A stretch of 64,000 nucleotides of DNA from the human T2T-CHM13v2.0 reference genome, Homo sapiens. The stretch lies in assembly GCF_009914755.1 (NCBI RefSeq), contig NC_060932.1; one strand, 5' to 3'. The translations under genes were made by a program, and so were the position numbers. This document shows, piece by piece, positions 47,421-59,797 of this stretch. Within the stretch, counting starts at the first letter, position 1, and every line of letters begins with the position of its first letter. The notes under the pieces were generated by a model that did not search any database, had not been told where the DNA came from, and worked only from the letters and a program-made list of their open reading frames with translations.

Positions 47421-47512
47421 CCAGCTACTTGAGAAGCTAAAGCAGAAGGATCATTTGAACCCAAGAGTTTGAGACCAGCCTGGGCAGCATAGTGAGACCC
47501 CCATCTAAAAAA
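47421..47512 (+). mobile_element. 5'-truncated FLAM/Alu monomer inside the L1
   Basis: ccagctacttgagaagctaa...gagaccagcctgggcagcatagtgagacccccatct. TSD aaaaat(g/t)ggca. Confidence 0.8.
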
Positions 47513-47549
47513 ATTGGCAAAGGATTTAAATAGACATTTCACACACAAA

Positions 47550-47643
47550 AATATATATATATAAAGTAATATATATAATAATATATATAATATATAAAAT
47601 AATAAATATAATAATATATATATTAGTAGTAGTAGTAGTAGTA
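47550..47643. repeat. (TA/TAA)n AT microsatellite followed by about 7 TAG units
   Basis: Read directly. Confidence 0.9.
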
Positions 47644-47897
47644 TTCTGGCCTCTGCAACTACATGCCAGTAGTTCCTGCCTCCCTATTCCACCTCCAGTT
47701 TTGACAACCAAACTATCTCCAAACATTGCCAAAACACTGGTTAGGAATCATTTGATTTAAAGGAAAGAAAAGCCTCTTTGATTGGATAGTGTTTCCAATC
47801 TCAGTTCAAGTAGCATGCTAAATAGAATGATATCGCAAGCATGATATTGAAACCCAGACTATAACAGTGGATCTCAGGTGAGGGGACATAAAAGCCG
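47622..47897 (+). repeat. Dispersed direct copy of 45811-46076
   Basis: Manual alignment gives about 13 differences over about 260 nt. Confidence 0.95.
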
Positions 47898-49247
47898 GTA
47901 TATGAACATGGCCAATAGGTGTATGAAAATATGTTCAACATCACTAATAATCAGGGAAATCCAAAACAAAACCACAATGAAATATCATCTCACTCCAGTT
48001 AAAATGGCCATTATCAATTAGACAAAAAAAAAAGCACATACTGCAGATGTGGGGAAAGGGGAACACTAGAGCACTATTGGTTGAAAATATAAATTAGCAC
48101 AGCCACTATGGAAAACAGTATGGAAGGTCCTCATAAAACTAAAAATAGAACCACCATATGATCCAGTAATTCCACTACTGGACATAATTCCAAAGGAAAG
48201 GACATCAGTATGCCAAGGAGATACCTGCACCCCCATGTTTTTGGTACCACTATATGCAATAGCCTAATATGGAAGCATATGGAATGCTTCCTAAGATATG
48301 GAAGCAACCTAAATGTCCATCAATGAATGAATATATAAAGAGGATGTGGCATATATACCGGATAAAATATGATTTAGCCATAAAAAAGAATGAAATCATG
48401 TCATTTACAACAACATGGGTGAAACTTACATTATGTTAAGTATAATATGCCAGACATACAAAGGCAAATATAAGGCAAATATCACATGTTCTCACTCATA
48501 TACGGAAGCTAAAGAAGTTGATCCTATGGAAGTGAAGAGCAGAATGATAGTTACCAGAGTCTGGGAAGGGTGGGGGCAAGGAAAGGTGAAGAGAGGTTGG
48601 TTAATGGGTACAAACATACAGTTAGATAGAAGAAATCATTTCTAGTGTTTGAAAGCACAGTGGGATGACATTAGTTAACAATAATTTATGGTATATTTCA
48701 AAATAGCTAGAAGAAAATATCTGTAATATTCCCAACACAAAGAAATGATAAATATTTGAGGTGATGGCTATGCTAATTATCCTAATTTGATTATTACACA
48801 TTGTATGCAATGTGTAATTGTGTTACAAAAATCACATGTACCTCATAACAACTATACAGCTATTATGTGTCAATAAACACACACACACACAAACAAACAA
48901 AGAAAATATTGTTGCTGCTTAGGAGACTATCAAGTAATATTTGTGACTAACAAGGACAAATAATTTTGAACTTTATTTTTTCTAGTCCTTCAATTGCATC
49001 TATCTTGTCAAATCTTGATTTGCTCATTGGGTTTTCTCTTGGATGATTTTTGGTAAATTTATATCATTGACATGTTATATACTTGGAAGATTCTTCCCAG
49101 ATTCCAATTCTATGAAGATCTCTGTTATCTATTTTTACTTAGATATTTTTGGTTAGGTACATGTATTCTGGTAACAATGTCTTTTGAGAAACTGAGTTGC
49201 AAATCATCAGAGAAAATGAGCATGGTGTTTAAACTTGGAAAACTTTT

Positions 49248-49448
49248 TCTTTTAACTTTCATTTTAGTTTTGGGAGTACATGTGAAGGTTTGTTGCATAG
49301 GTAAACACATGTCACAGGAATTTGTTGTACATATTATTTCATCATCCAGGTATTAAGCCCAGTACCCAGTAAATATCTTTTCTGCTCCTCTCCCTCCTTC
49401 CACCCTCCACCCTCAAGTAGAGCCCAGTGTCTTTTGTTTCCTTCTTTG
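49248..49448 (-). mobile_element. Short LINE-1 3'UTR insertion (L1PA13-like)
   Basis: gtacatgtgaaggtttgttgcataggtaaac...ccaggtattaagcccagtaccc. TSD ttaaactt(g/t)ga(a/t)aactttt at 49229-49247 and 49449-49467. Confidence 0.85.
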
Positions 49449-49914
49449 TTAAACTTTGATAACTTTTTTAAGAGCTTAGAATAATTTTATTGTGTTAGGG
49501 TTTCTTGGAATTTTGGATTAACTTTTGGATTAATTTTTATATATATATCTATGACTGCACATTGTATAATACATGTATATATAATTTGATAATACAAATA
49601 ATTGCTTCTTCAAATAAACTTGTTTCATTAATTTAAAAAACGATAAAAAATATTGTGAATAACTAAAGTTTAAAGAAAAGATTAATGAGCTGAATTTACA
49701 AGGACCTTTGCATTTTTAGCAAAGACAAAAGCTGAAAAGTCAAGAACTTTTTAAAAGCTCTAATGGTGGCAAAACAGGCAGCAGGACTGGAATTCTGAGC
49801 TGGGAATGAGATGTTCTGACACCCTCTTGTTAGCACCTCGGATTTCACTTCGTGATCTTCGCTCTGGTCTTTAGGCTCACTAGCTGAGACGTTATAAAAA
49901 TGCCGCCTGTAAGC

Positions 49915-50272
49915 GGTATTAGTCTGTTCTCATGCTGCTAATAAAGACATACCCGAGACTAGGTAATTTATAAAGGAAAGAGGTCTAATGGACCTACAGT
50001 TCCACATGGCTGGGGAAGCCTCACAATTGGTGGAACATGAAAGAAGAACAAAGACACATCTTACATGGTGGCAGGAAAGAGAGCATGTGCAGGGGAACTG
50101 CCCTTCACACAATCGTCAGTCCTCCTGAGACTTACTCAATATCACAAGAACAGCACAGGAAAAACCCACCCCCATGACTCAGTTACCTCCCACCAGGTCC
50201 CTTCCACAACATGTGGGGGTTATTACAATTCTAGGTGAAATCTGAGTGGGGACACAGACCCAAACCATATCA
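49915..50272 (-). mobile_element. THE1C-like MaLR solo LTR
   Basis: gtattagtctgttctcatgctgctaataaagacatacccgagact...aaaccatatca. Perfect 5-bp TSD TAAGC (49910-49914 and 50273-50277). Confidence 0.92.
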
Positions 50273-50429
50273 TAAGCTGACCCATTTCAATCAACAAACA
50301 TGAGGAGACCATGCATAGTATATTTCTATGGCTTAAGGAAGGGAAGCCCTGTTCTATTAGTCACACTCTTGATGAATGCTGTTTTCTAAACTTACTGTTG
50401 TAATTAGAACATTTTAAAAATGATATGAG

Positions 50430-50560
50430 AAAAATCCTAGTTTCTCCTCTTACCAGCTCTTTGACCTGGGACACATCACTCAATTTCTTAGAACCTCGGT
50501 TTTCTCATTTATGAGATGAGGAGAACAATACCCATATTGAAAAGCTACTGAGAGGTAATA
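50430..50560 (+). mobile_element. MIR fragment
   Basis: ttgacctgggacacatcactcaatttcttagaacctcggttttctcatttatgagatgagg core. Confidence 0.7.
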
Positions 50561-51789
50561 TGATTTATTTTCTCCTCATTTTTCTTCTGGGCTTTTCTGT
50601 GCTTGCCAGGAAGAGTATAAACTACTTAAGGACACTGCATATGCTATTATTCCAGTACAAGGTGGTTTCTCTCCCTCTCTGTTTCTTCACACCTGCATTC
50701 ATTCACCCAGCAGAATGATTTTCTCTGCTGCCAGGCAGTAGTTACAAACAGAAAGAAGTCCTGAATGCCTGGCTCCATTCACTTTGGGCAGCTCTTTCAT
50801 GCACTCTGTGCTGCACAAATAAATATATGTTATTTTCTATTATTTATGCTGCTGTCATTTCTATAAGATCCCACATAACTTATACTTTGTCAAAACAGGG
50901 ATACTATTCAGACTTCATCTGCTGGCATGCTCCGGCATCCCTGGGGAAGCAGTGAGGCAGTGCACTGTGCAGTCTACAAGCACTGCAGCTCCCTCACATG
51001 CATCCTCCTCCCATTTCCTGCCCTGGCATTCCAAGGTTCCATAGAGTGATGGCCAAAATAGAACAGAGCAGAGAAATCTAGTATGAAATGGAATTTCTTG
51101 CCACGATGATATTTTGGAGAGCAGGGTGACATTTAAATGGTGCTTGGCTGAATTTGACCTTCACAAGGATCTCTGTTATCTTAAAAATCTGTTATTTTGG
51201 TTCTAGCCCAGGATATTTGTTGACAAGTGGCATTTCTCAGTAATGTCCAGGAGAAGCCCTTGGAGAGAAAAAAAAAAAAAACCCTCAGAATCAGGAGTTG
51301 ACAGTCAGTATCTTTCTGTCCAAATAACCTGTGAATGAGAGGGTGACTTTAAACCTGAGTTCCCTGGATCCATGGGGGTTTTTAGAAATGCCTGCTAAGG
51401 GATACTTTAGAAAATCAAGTAGAGGCCCTGAGTTTGGGGCTTCAGGCCTCCCATACTTATTTAAATCAGAGCAGCTCGAAATTAATCTATTTTTAATATG
51501 GTAGAATTATTTATGAGATATTTAAAAAACAGTTGTATTACTAAAAAGACATTTGAGTGCATCTGAAACGATGCCTTTGGGGCCTTGTGTGGAAACATCC
51601 AATTCCTCCCTAGGCTGGATGCATTTGTGGTTTTTGAAAATCAGTGACTTCTAAATAGCTATAAAAATGCAAAAGATGGTTAGGGGAAAGAAAAAGAGTG
51701 GTCAGAACTGGGAAGGGTCCAGAGCCAGAAAACTTGTAAAAACCAACAACTGCCTTCTATCTATTTCTTCACAACTTCTCAAAAATATT

Positions 51790-51960
51790 ACTATTTTCAC
51801 TTCCTCACTGCCAATTAACAATTTGACTCACTCTTATCTGACTACCATCCTTATCACCCACTAAAACCAAAGTCTTCCTGTGACTGAAGGAAATGAACAA
51901 TTCTCAGTCCTTCTCTCACTTGATAGCTCAACAGTATTTCACACTGATGGTCATGCTTTT
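51790..51960 (+). mobile_element. L2 fragment, left half of the L2 split by the L1PA insertion
   Basis: ttctcagtccttctctcacttgatagctcaacagtatttcacactgatggtca resembles the L2 RT region. It continues at 58600. Confidence 0.6.
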
Positions 51961-52659
51961 AAATCAAAATTTTAATTTTTATAGTGGTATTTGTTAACAT
52001 AAAATTTTAAATTATTCAGAGCTCCCAGGAAAATGAAGTATCTGTGAGTCATGAAAGGCTATTCATTGTAGTACTGCTCCAAATACTATGATGTCTTGGA
52101 GGTTTTTTTTTGTAAATAATTCAGGGATTATATTGTTGTTGTTACTTGTTTTATTGCACACAATAAAAGGCATAAACTGAGCACTGCTGCAGATATTTGC
52201 TTTAAAATTTCTCTAGGAAGAAGCCACCCAGAGATGATTATCTTTTGATATTATCATCTTATGTTTCTCAAAGAAATTCATAAATATTTTCTGAATAATA
52301 ACGTAAACATTACAGAACTCTTTATTTGGCAGGTCAACTTACAACCAAGGGAGAATCAGTGGCCCAAATATTTTTGGAAACAATAAGGAAATTTATGTAT
52401 TTCTCTTTTCTTATTATTATACTTTGAGTTCTAGGGTACATGTGCACAATGCACAGGTTTGTTACATAGGTATGTATATGACATGTTGGTTTGCTGCACC
52501 CATTAACTCGTCATTTACATTAGATATTTCTCCTAATGCTATCCCTTCCCCAGCCTCCCACCCTATGACAGGCCCCAGTGTGTGATGTTCCCTGCCCTGT
52601 GTCCAAGTGTTCGCATTGATCAACTCCCACCTATGAGTGAGAACATGCAGTGTTTGGTT

Positions 52660-55600
52660 TTCTGTCCTTGTGATAGTTTGCTTAGAATGATGGTTTCCAG
52701 CTTCACTCATGTCCCTGCAAAGGACATGAACTCATCCTTTGTTATGGCTGCATAGTATTCCATGGTGTATATGTGCCACATTTTCTAAATCCAATCTTTC
52801 ATTGATGGACATTTGGGTTGGTTCTAAGTCTTTGCTATTGTGAATAGTGCTGCAATAAACATACATGTGCATGTGTCTTTATAGTAACATGATTTATATT
52901 CCTTTGGGTATATACCCAGGAATGGGATCACTGAGTCAATGGTATTTCTAGTTCTAGATCCTTGAGGAATCGCCACACTGTCTTCCACAATGGTTGAACT
53001 AATTTACACTCCTACCAACAGTGTAAAAGTGTTCCTATTTCTCCACATCCTCTCCAGCATCTGTTGTTTCCTGACTTTTCAATGATTGCCATTCTAACTG
53101 GCGTGAGATGGTATTTCACTGCGGTTTTGATTTGCATTTCTCTGATGACCAGTGATGACAAGAGTTTTCTCATGTATCTCATTGTGGTTTTGATTTGCAT
53201 TTCTCTGATGACCAGTGATGACAAGAATTTTTTCATGTGTCTGTTGGCTGCATAAATGTTTTCTTTTGAGAAGTGTCTGTTCATATCCTTTGCCCACTTT
53301 TTGATGGCATTGTTTCATTCTTGGAAATTTGTTTAAGTTCTTTGTAGATTCTGGATATTAGCCCTTTGTCAGAAGGGTAGATTGCAAAATTTTTCTCCCA
53401 TTCTGTAGGTTGCCTGTTCACTCTGATGGTAGTTTCTTCTGCAATGCAGAAGCTCTTTAGTTTAATTAGATCCCATTTGTCTGTTTTTGCTTTTGTTGCC
53501 ATTGCTCTTGGTGTTTTAGTAATGAAGTCTTTGCCTATGCCTATGTCCTGAATGGAAATGCCTGGGTTTTCTTCTAGGGATTTTAGGGTTTTACATCTAA
53601 CATTTAAGTCTTTAATCCATCTTGAATTAATTTTTGTATAAGGTGTAAGGAAGGGATCCAGTTTCAGCTTTCTACCTACGGCTAGGCAGTTTTCCCAGCA
53701 CCATTTAATAAATAAGGAATCCTTTCCCCAGTTCTTGTTTTTGTCAGGTTTGTCAAAGATCAGATGGTTGTAGATGTGTGGTGTTATTTCTGAGGCCTCT
53801 GTTCTGTTCCATTGGTCTGTATATCTGTTTTGGTACCAGAACCATGCTGTTTTGGTTACTGTAGGCTTGTAGTATAGTTTGAAGCCAGGTAGTGTGATGC
53901 CTCCAGCTTTGTTCTATTTGCTTAGGATTGTCTTGGCTATGCAGACTCTTATTTGGTTCCATATGAACTTTAAAGTAATTGTTTCCAATTCTGTGAAGAA
54001 AGTCAGCGGTAGCTTGATGGGGACGGCATTGAATCTATAAATTACCTTGGGTAGTATGGCCATTTTCACAATATTGATTCTTCCTATCCAACAGCATGGA
54101 ATGTTACATTTGTTTGAGTCCACTTTTATTTCGTTGAGCAGTGGGTTGTAGTTCTCCTTGAAGAGGTCCTTCACATCCCTTGTAAGTTGCATTCCTAGGT
54201 ATTTTATTCTCTCTGTAGCAATTGTGAATGGGAGTTCACTCATGGTTTGGCTCGCCATTTGTCTGTTATTGGTGTATAGGAGTGCCTGTGATTTTTGCAC
54301 ATTTGTTTTGTATCCTGTGACTTTGCTGAAGTTGCTTATCAGCTTAAGGAGATTTTGGGCTGAGACGATGGGGTTTTCTAAATATACAATCATGTCATCT
54401 GTAAACAGGGACAATTTGACTTCCTCTTTTCCTAATTAAATACCCTTTATTTCTTTCTCCTGCCTGATTTCCTTGGCAAGAACTTCCAACACTATGTTGA
54501 ATAGGAGTGGTAAGAGAGGGCATCCTTGTCTCATGCTGGTTTTCAAAGGGAATGCTTTCAGTTTTTGCCCATTCAGTATGATATTGGCTGTGAGTTTGTC
54601 ATAAATACCTCTTATTATTTTGAGATATGTTCCATCAATACCTAGTTTATTGAGAGTTTTTAGCATGAAGTGCTTTTGAATTTTATTGAAGGCCTCTTCT
54701 GCATCTGTTGAGATAATCATGTGGATTTTGTTTATGTGATGGATTATGTTTATTGATATGCGTATGTTGAACCAGACTTGCATCGCAGGGATGAAGCTGA
54801 CTTGATCATGGTAGGTTAGCTTTTTGATGTGTGGATTTGGTTTGCCAGTATTTTATTGAGGATATTCGCATCAATGTTCATCAGGGAGATTGGTCTAAAA
54901 TTTTCCTTTTCTGTTGTGTCTCTGCCAGGCTTTGGTATCAGGATGATGCTGGCCTCATAAGATGAGCTATGGAGGATTCCATCTTTTCTTATTGATTGGA
55001 ATAGTTTCAGAAGGAATGGTACCAGCTCCTCTTTGTACCTCTGGTAGAATTTGGCTGTGAATCCATCTGGTCCTGGACTTTTTTTGGTTGGTAGGCTATT
55101 TATTATTGCCTCAATTTCAGAGCCTGTTATTGGTCTATTCAGAGATTCAACTTCTTCCTTGTTTAGTCTTGGGAGGGTGTATGTGTCCAGGAATTTATCC
55201 ATTTCTTCTAGATTTTCTAGCTTATTTGCACATAGGTATTTATAGTACTATCTGATGGTGGTTTGTATTTCTGTGGGATTGGTGGTGATATCTCCTTTAA
55301 CATTTTTTATTGCATCTATTTGATTCTTCTCTCCTTTCTTCTTCAGTAGTTTTGCTAGCGAGCTATCAATTTTGTTATCTTTTCAAGAAACCAGCTCCTG
55401 GATTCATCAATTTTTTGAAGGGTTTTTGGTGTCTCTATCTCCTTCAGTTCTTCTCTGATCTTAGTTATTTCTTGCCTTCTGCTAGCTTTTGAATTTGTTT
55501 GCTCTTGCTTCTCTAGTTCTTTTAATTGTGATGTTAGGGTGTCAATTTTAGATCTTTCCTTCTTTCTCTTGTGGCATTTAGTGCTATAATTTTCCCTCTA

Positions 55601-56481
55601 CACACTGCCTTAAATATGTCCCAGAGATTCTGGTACATTGTGTCTTTGTTCTCATTGGTTTCAAAGAATATTTTTATTTCTGCCTCATTTCGTTATTTAG
55701 CCAGTAGTCATTCAGGAGCAGGTTGTTCAGCTTCCATGTAGTTGTGCAGTTTTGAGTGAGCTTATTAATCCCAAGTTCTAATTTGATAGCACTGTGGTCT
55801 GAGAGAAAGTTTGATGTGATTTATGTTCTTTTACATTTGCTAAGGAGTGCTTTACTTCCAATTATGTGGTCAATTTTAGAATAAGTGTGATGTGGTGCTG
55901 AGAAGCATGTATATTCTGTTGATTTGGGGTGAAGAGTTCTGTACATGTGTATTAGGTCCACTTGGTGTAGAGTTGAGTTCAAGTCCTGGATATCCTTGTA
56001 AATCTTCTATCTCGTCGATCTGTCTAATATTGACAGTGGGGTGTTAAAGTCTCCCATTATTTGTGTGGGAGTCTAAGTCTCTTTGTAGGTCTCTAAGGAC
56101 TTGCTTTATGAATCTGGGTGCTCCTGTATTGGGTGCATATATATTTAGGATAGTTAGCTCTTCCTGTTAAATTGATTCCTTTACCATTATGTAATGGCCA
56201 TCTTTGTCTCTTTTGATCTTTGTTGGTTTAAAGTCTGTTTTATCAGAGACTAGCATTGCAACCCCTGCTTCTTTTTGCTTTCCATTTGCTTGGTAGATCT
56301 TCCTCCATCCCTTTATTTTGAGCCTATGTGCGTCTCTGCGCATGAGATGGGTCTCCTGAATACAGCACACTGATGAGTCTTGACTCTTCATCCAATTTGC
56401 CTGTCTGTGTCTTTTAACTGGGGCATTTAGCCTATTTACATTTAAGGTTAATATTGTTATGTTTGAATCTGATCCTGTCAT
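52660..56481 (-). pseudogene. LINE-1 ORF2 (endonuclease/RT), disrupted by stops and frameshifts
   Basis: ORF fragments 56167-56481, 54816-55202, 54436-54783, 53914-54414, 53281-53502 and 53012-53284 are consecutive ORF2p pieces. Confidence 0.9.
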
Positions 56482-56546
56482 TATGATGTTAGCTGGTTAT
56501 TTTGCCTGTTAATTGATGCAGTTTCTTCCTAGCATCGATGTTCTTT

Positions 56547-57566
56547 ACAATTTGGCATGTTTTTTCAGTGGCTGGTACTGGTTGTTCCTTTCCATGTTTA
56601 GTGCTTCCTTCAGGAGCTCTTGTAAGGCAGGCCCGGCGGTGACAAAATCTCTCAGCATTTGCTTGTCTGTAAAGTATTTTATTTCTCCTTCACTTATGAA
56701 GCTTACTTTGGCTGGATATGAAATTCTGGTTTGAAAATTCTTTTATTTAAAAATGCTGAATATTGGCCCTCACTCTCTTCTGGCTTGTAGGGTTTCTGCC
56801 AAGAGATCTGCTGTTAGTCTGATGGGCTTCCCTTTGTGGTAACCCAGCCTTTCTCTCTGGCTGCCCTTAACATTTTTTCCTTCATTTCCACATTGGCAAA
56901 TATGACAATTAGGTGTCTTGGGGTTGCTCTTCTTGAGGAGTATCTTTGTGGTGCTCTCTATATTTCCTGAATTTGAATGTTGGCCTGCTTTCTAAGTTGA
57001 GGAAGTTCTCCTGGATAATATCCTGAAGAGTGTTTTCCGACTTGGTTCCATTCTCCCTGTCACTTTCAGATACACCAATCAAATGTAGATTTCGTCTTTT
57101 CACATAGTCCCATATTTCTTGGAGGCTTTGTTCCTTTTTTTTACTCTTTATTCTCTAATCCTGTCTTCTTGCTCTATTTCATTAATTTGATCATCAATCA
57201 CTGATATCCTTTCTTCCATTTGATCGAATTGGCTATTGAAGCTTATGCACACGTCACAAAGTTCTCATACCATGGTTTTCAGCTCCATCAGGTCATTTAA
57301 GGTCTTCTCTCCACTCTTTATTCTAGTTAGCCATTCGTCTAACCTTTCTTAAGGTTTTTAGCTTCCTTGCGATGGGTCAGAACGTGCTCCTTTAGCTCAG
57401 AGAAGTTTGTTATTACCAACCTTCTAAAGCCTACTTCTGTCAGCTCGTCAAAGTCATTCTCCATCTAGCTTTGTTTCATTGCTGGTGAGGAGCTGCGACC
57501 CTTTTGAGGAGAAGAGGCTCTCTGGTTTTTAGAATTTTCAACTTTTCTGCTCTGGTTTTTCCCCAT
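56547..57566 (-). pseudogene. LINE-1 ORF1, disrupted
   Basis: ATG context ccacaaagatggggaaaaaccag. Fragment 56909-57103 (NLHLIGVSESDRENGTKSENTLQDIIQENF) is the ORF1p RRM region. Confidence 0.85.
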
Positions 57567-58599
57567 CTTTGTGGTTTTATCTACCTTTGGTCTTTGATGC
57601 TGGTGACCTACAGATGGGGTTTTGGTGTGGATGTCCTTTTTGTTGATGTTGATGCTATTCCTTTCTGTTTGTTAGTTTTCCTTCTAACAGTCAGGTCCCT
57701 CAGCTGCCGGTCTGTTGGAGTTTGCTGGAGGCCCACTCTAGACCCTGTTTGCCTGGGTATCACCAGTGGAGGCTGAAGAACAGCGAATATTGCAGAACAG
57801 CAAATATTGCTGCCTGATCCTTCCCCTGGAAGCTTTGTCCCTGAGGGGCACCCGCGTGTATGAGGTGTCTGTGGGCCCCTACTGGGAGATGTCTCCCAGC
57901 TAGGCTACACGAGGGTCAGGTACCCACCTGAGGAAGCAGTGTGTCCGTTCTCAGAGCCCAAATGCCACGTTGGGAGAACCACTGCTCTCTTCAGAGCTGT
58001 CAGACAGGGACATTTAAGTCTGCAGAAGTTTCTGCTGCCTTTTGTTCAGCTATTCCCTGCCCACAGAAGTGGAATCTATAAAGGCAGTAGGGCTTGCTGA
58101 GCTGCAGTGGGCTCTGCCCATTTCGAGCTTCTCAGCCGCTTTGTTTACCTACTCAAGCCTCAGCAATGGCGGACGCCCCTCCCTCTGCCAGGCTGCAGCC
58201 TTGCAGGTCAATCTCAGACTGCTGTGCTAGCAGTGGGCAAGGGTCCATGGGCGTGGGACTCACTCAGTCAGGCATGGAAGAGAATCTCCTGGTCTGCTAG
58301 TTGCTAAGACCATGGGAAAAGCATAGTATTTGGGCAGGAGTGTCCTGTTTTTCCAGGTACAGTCAGTCACAGCTTCCCTTGGCTAGGAAAGGGAAATCCC
58401 ACGATCCCTTGCACTTCCCGGGTGAGGTGACATCCTGCCCTCCTTCGGCTCACCCTCCATGGGCTGCACCCACTGTCCAACCAATCCCAATGAGATAAAT
58501 CAGGTACTTCAGTTGGAAATGCACCTGTCTTCTCCATCAATCACACGGGATGCTGCAGACCAGAGGTGTTCCTATTTGGCCATCCTGGAACGGACCCCC
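57567..58599 (-). promoter_or_regulatory. L1 5'UTR (internal promoter region), CpG-depleted
   Basis: Lies upstream of ORF1. The YY1 site reads aggatggcc rather than aagatggcc. Activity cannot be shown from sequence. Confidence 0.6.
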
Positions 58600-59797
58600 A
58601 CTGATGGCCATTATTTTTAAACCATGCCAATCCATTAGATTCCATGAACTCAGAGGCTTCCGGTTGTGACTTTGTTTCTCATGGGTCTTTTCTGAGCATT
58701 CATCTTTCTTTTCCTATCTCATCAGTTTTGTCCTAGGTTCGGTTCTCTTGTCTTTTCACAGTTCTGTCGTTTTTGGTGAACTCATTCACTCTCATGATTT
58801 CAATTATATCCAAGTGCTAATGACTAGTAAATGTTTCTTCAAACCTTGAGCTATAGACCCACAAATCCTTTGTGTTTTCCCTTAGACACCTCATTTCAAA
58901 ATGTCCAGAGCCAATTTCATCATCTTTCCTATAACCTGGTCCTACACTTTTAGTTAGTACAGTCATCACTATCACCATCTGCAACACTGCCCAAGCTAGA
59001 AACCTGGGCATGTTCCTTGACTCCAGAATCCTCAACCACTTCCCCAGCCCTCTTTTCCATCCTCATGTCTAATCAATCATAGGAGAGCCATTTTGACTTC
59101 TAAATATTTCTCATATCTTTCTGCGTCCCCTATACCCTACTTCCACTTCTTAGTTTAGCCCATCCTCATCTATCATCTGAACAGCAGCCATTACTCCTGA
59201 CTGGTCCCCCAGTACCCAATTCTACCTCCTCCAGCTTATTCTCCATGCTTTAGGCAAACTGATCTTTCTAAAATACAAGGTTAGTTAGGTCTACATTTTA
59301 ATAGCCTTTAGTTGTTTCTCTGGTAAATTCAAACTACTTTAACATGACTTGACAAGACAGTGCATAGTGTTACTCCAGCTGCACTCTAAAGTGTCGCCTT
59401 TTGGTCTTCTGTCAAAATTGGAGCCCGTGCATTCTCCTTGTACTATAGCTTTTCCACATGTTGTTCTTGCTGTAAGCTGGAATGGTCTTCAGTCTCCTCC
59501 CAGTTATTTACCTGAATAACCATGACTTTGTCTTCAAATTGCAATGCATACATTACTTCCTGTGGAAAGCATTTACTAATCCCTCTGGCCTTGGTAAATT
59601 TACTACCCATATTGTCCCATTGCTGCTCTTGTTTTCTTTTTATATGAACACTGATCCCATTGCCATTGTCTGGTTACTTTTTCTATCTCCCATCTAGACT
59701 CCAAGCTTAAAAAAACATAGACCTGTTATATCTCTAGCATTTAGCAGTGTGCTTAGCGTTCAGTAAAGGATCCCCCAGTGAATGAACAAATGAATGT
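58600..59797 (+). mobile_element. L2, right half through the 3' end
   Basis: ctcattcactctcatgatttcaatta; gcccaagctagaaacctgggcatgttccttgactcc; ends gaatgaacaaatgaatg. Confidence 0.75.

Larger units (their letters stand above)
46575..48900 (+). mobile_element. LINE-1 3' fragment (L1MA4/5-like) carrying a FLAM, an AT repeat and a templated insertion
   Basis: ORF 47016-47318 (MKLDPYLSPYINIKSKWIKDLNV) is ORF2p. L1MA 3'UTR gagaggttggttaatgggtacaaacatacagttagatag and a CA/A-rich tail. Confidence 0.9.
52400..58599 (-). mobile_element. Near full-length LINE-1 (L1PA6-like, range L1PA5-7), about 6.2 kb, inactivated
   Basis: 5' end gggggtccgttccaggatggccaaatagg, a 5'UTR of about 1030 nt, ORF1 ATG at 57566, ORF2 start MTGSDSNITILTLNVN at 56481, RT fragments ([32 protein letters not shown]), and 3'UTR with degraded tail at about 52400-52420. 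Confidence 0.96.

Noticed and set aside
52400-58599. Retrotransposition-competent L1
   Set aside because: ORF1 and ORF2 are broken into many fragments, the 5'UTR is CpG-depleted, and the subfamily is old.
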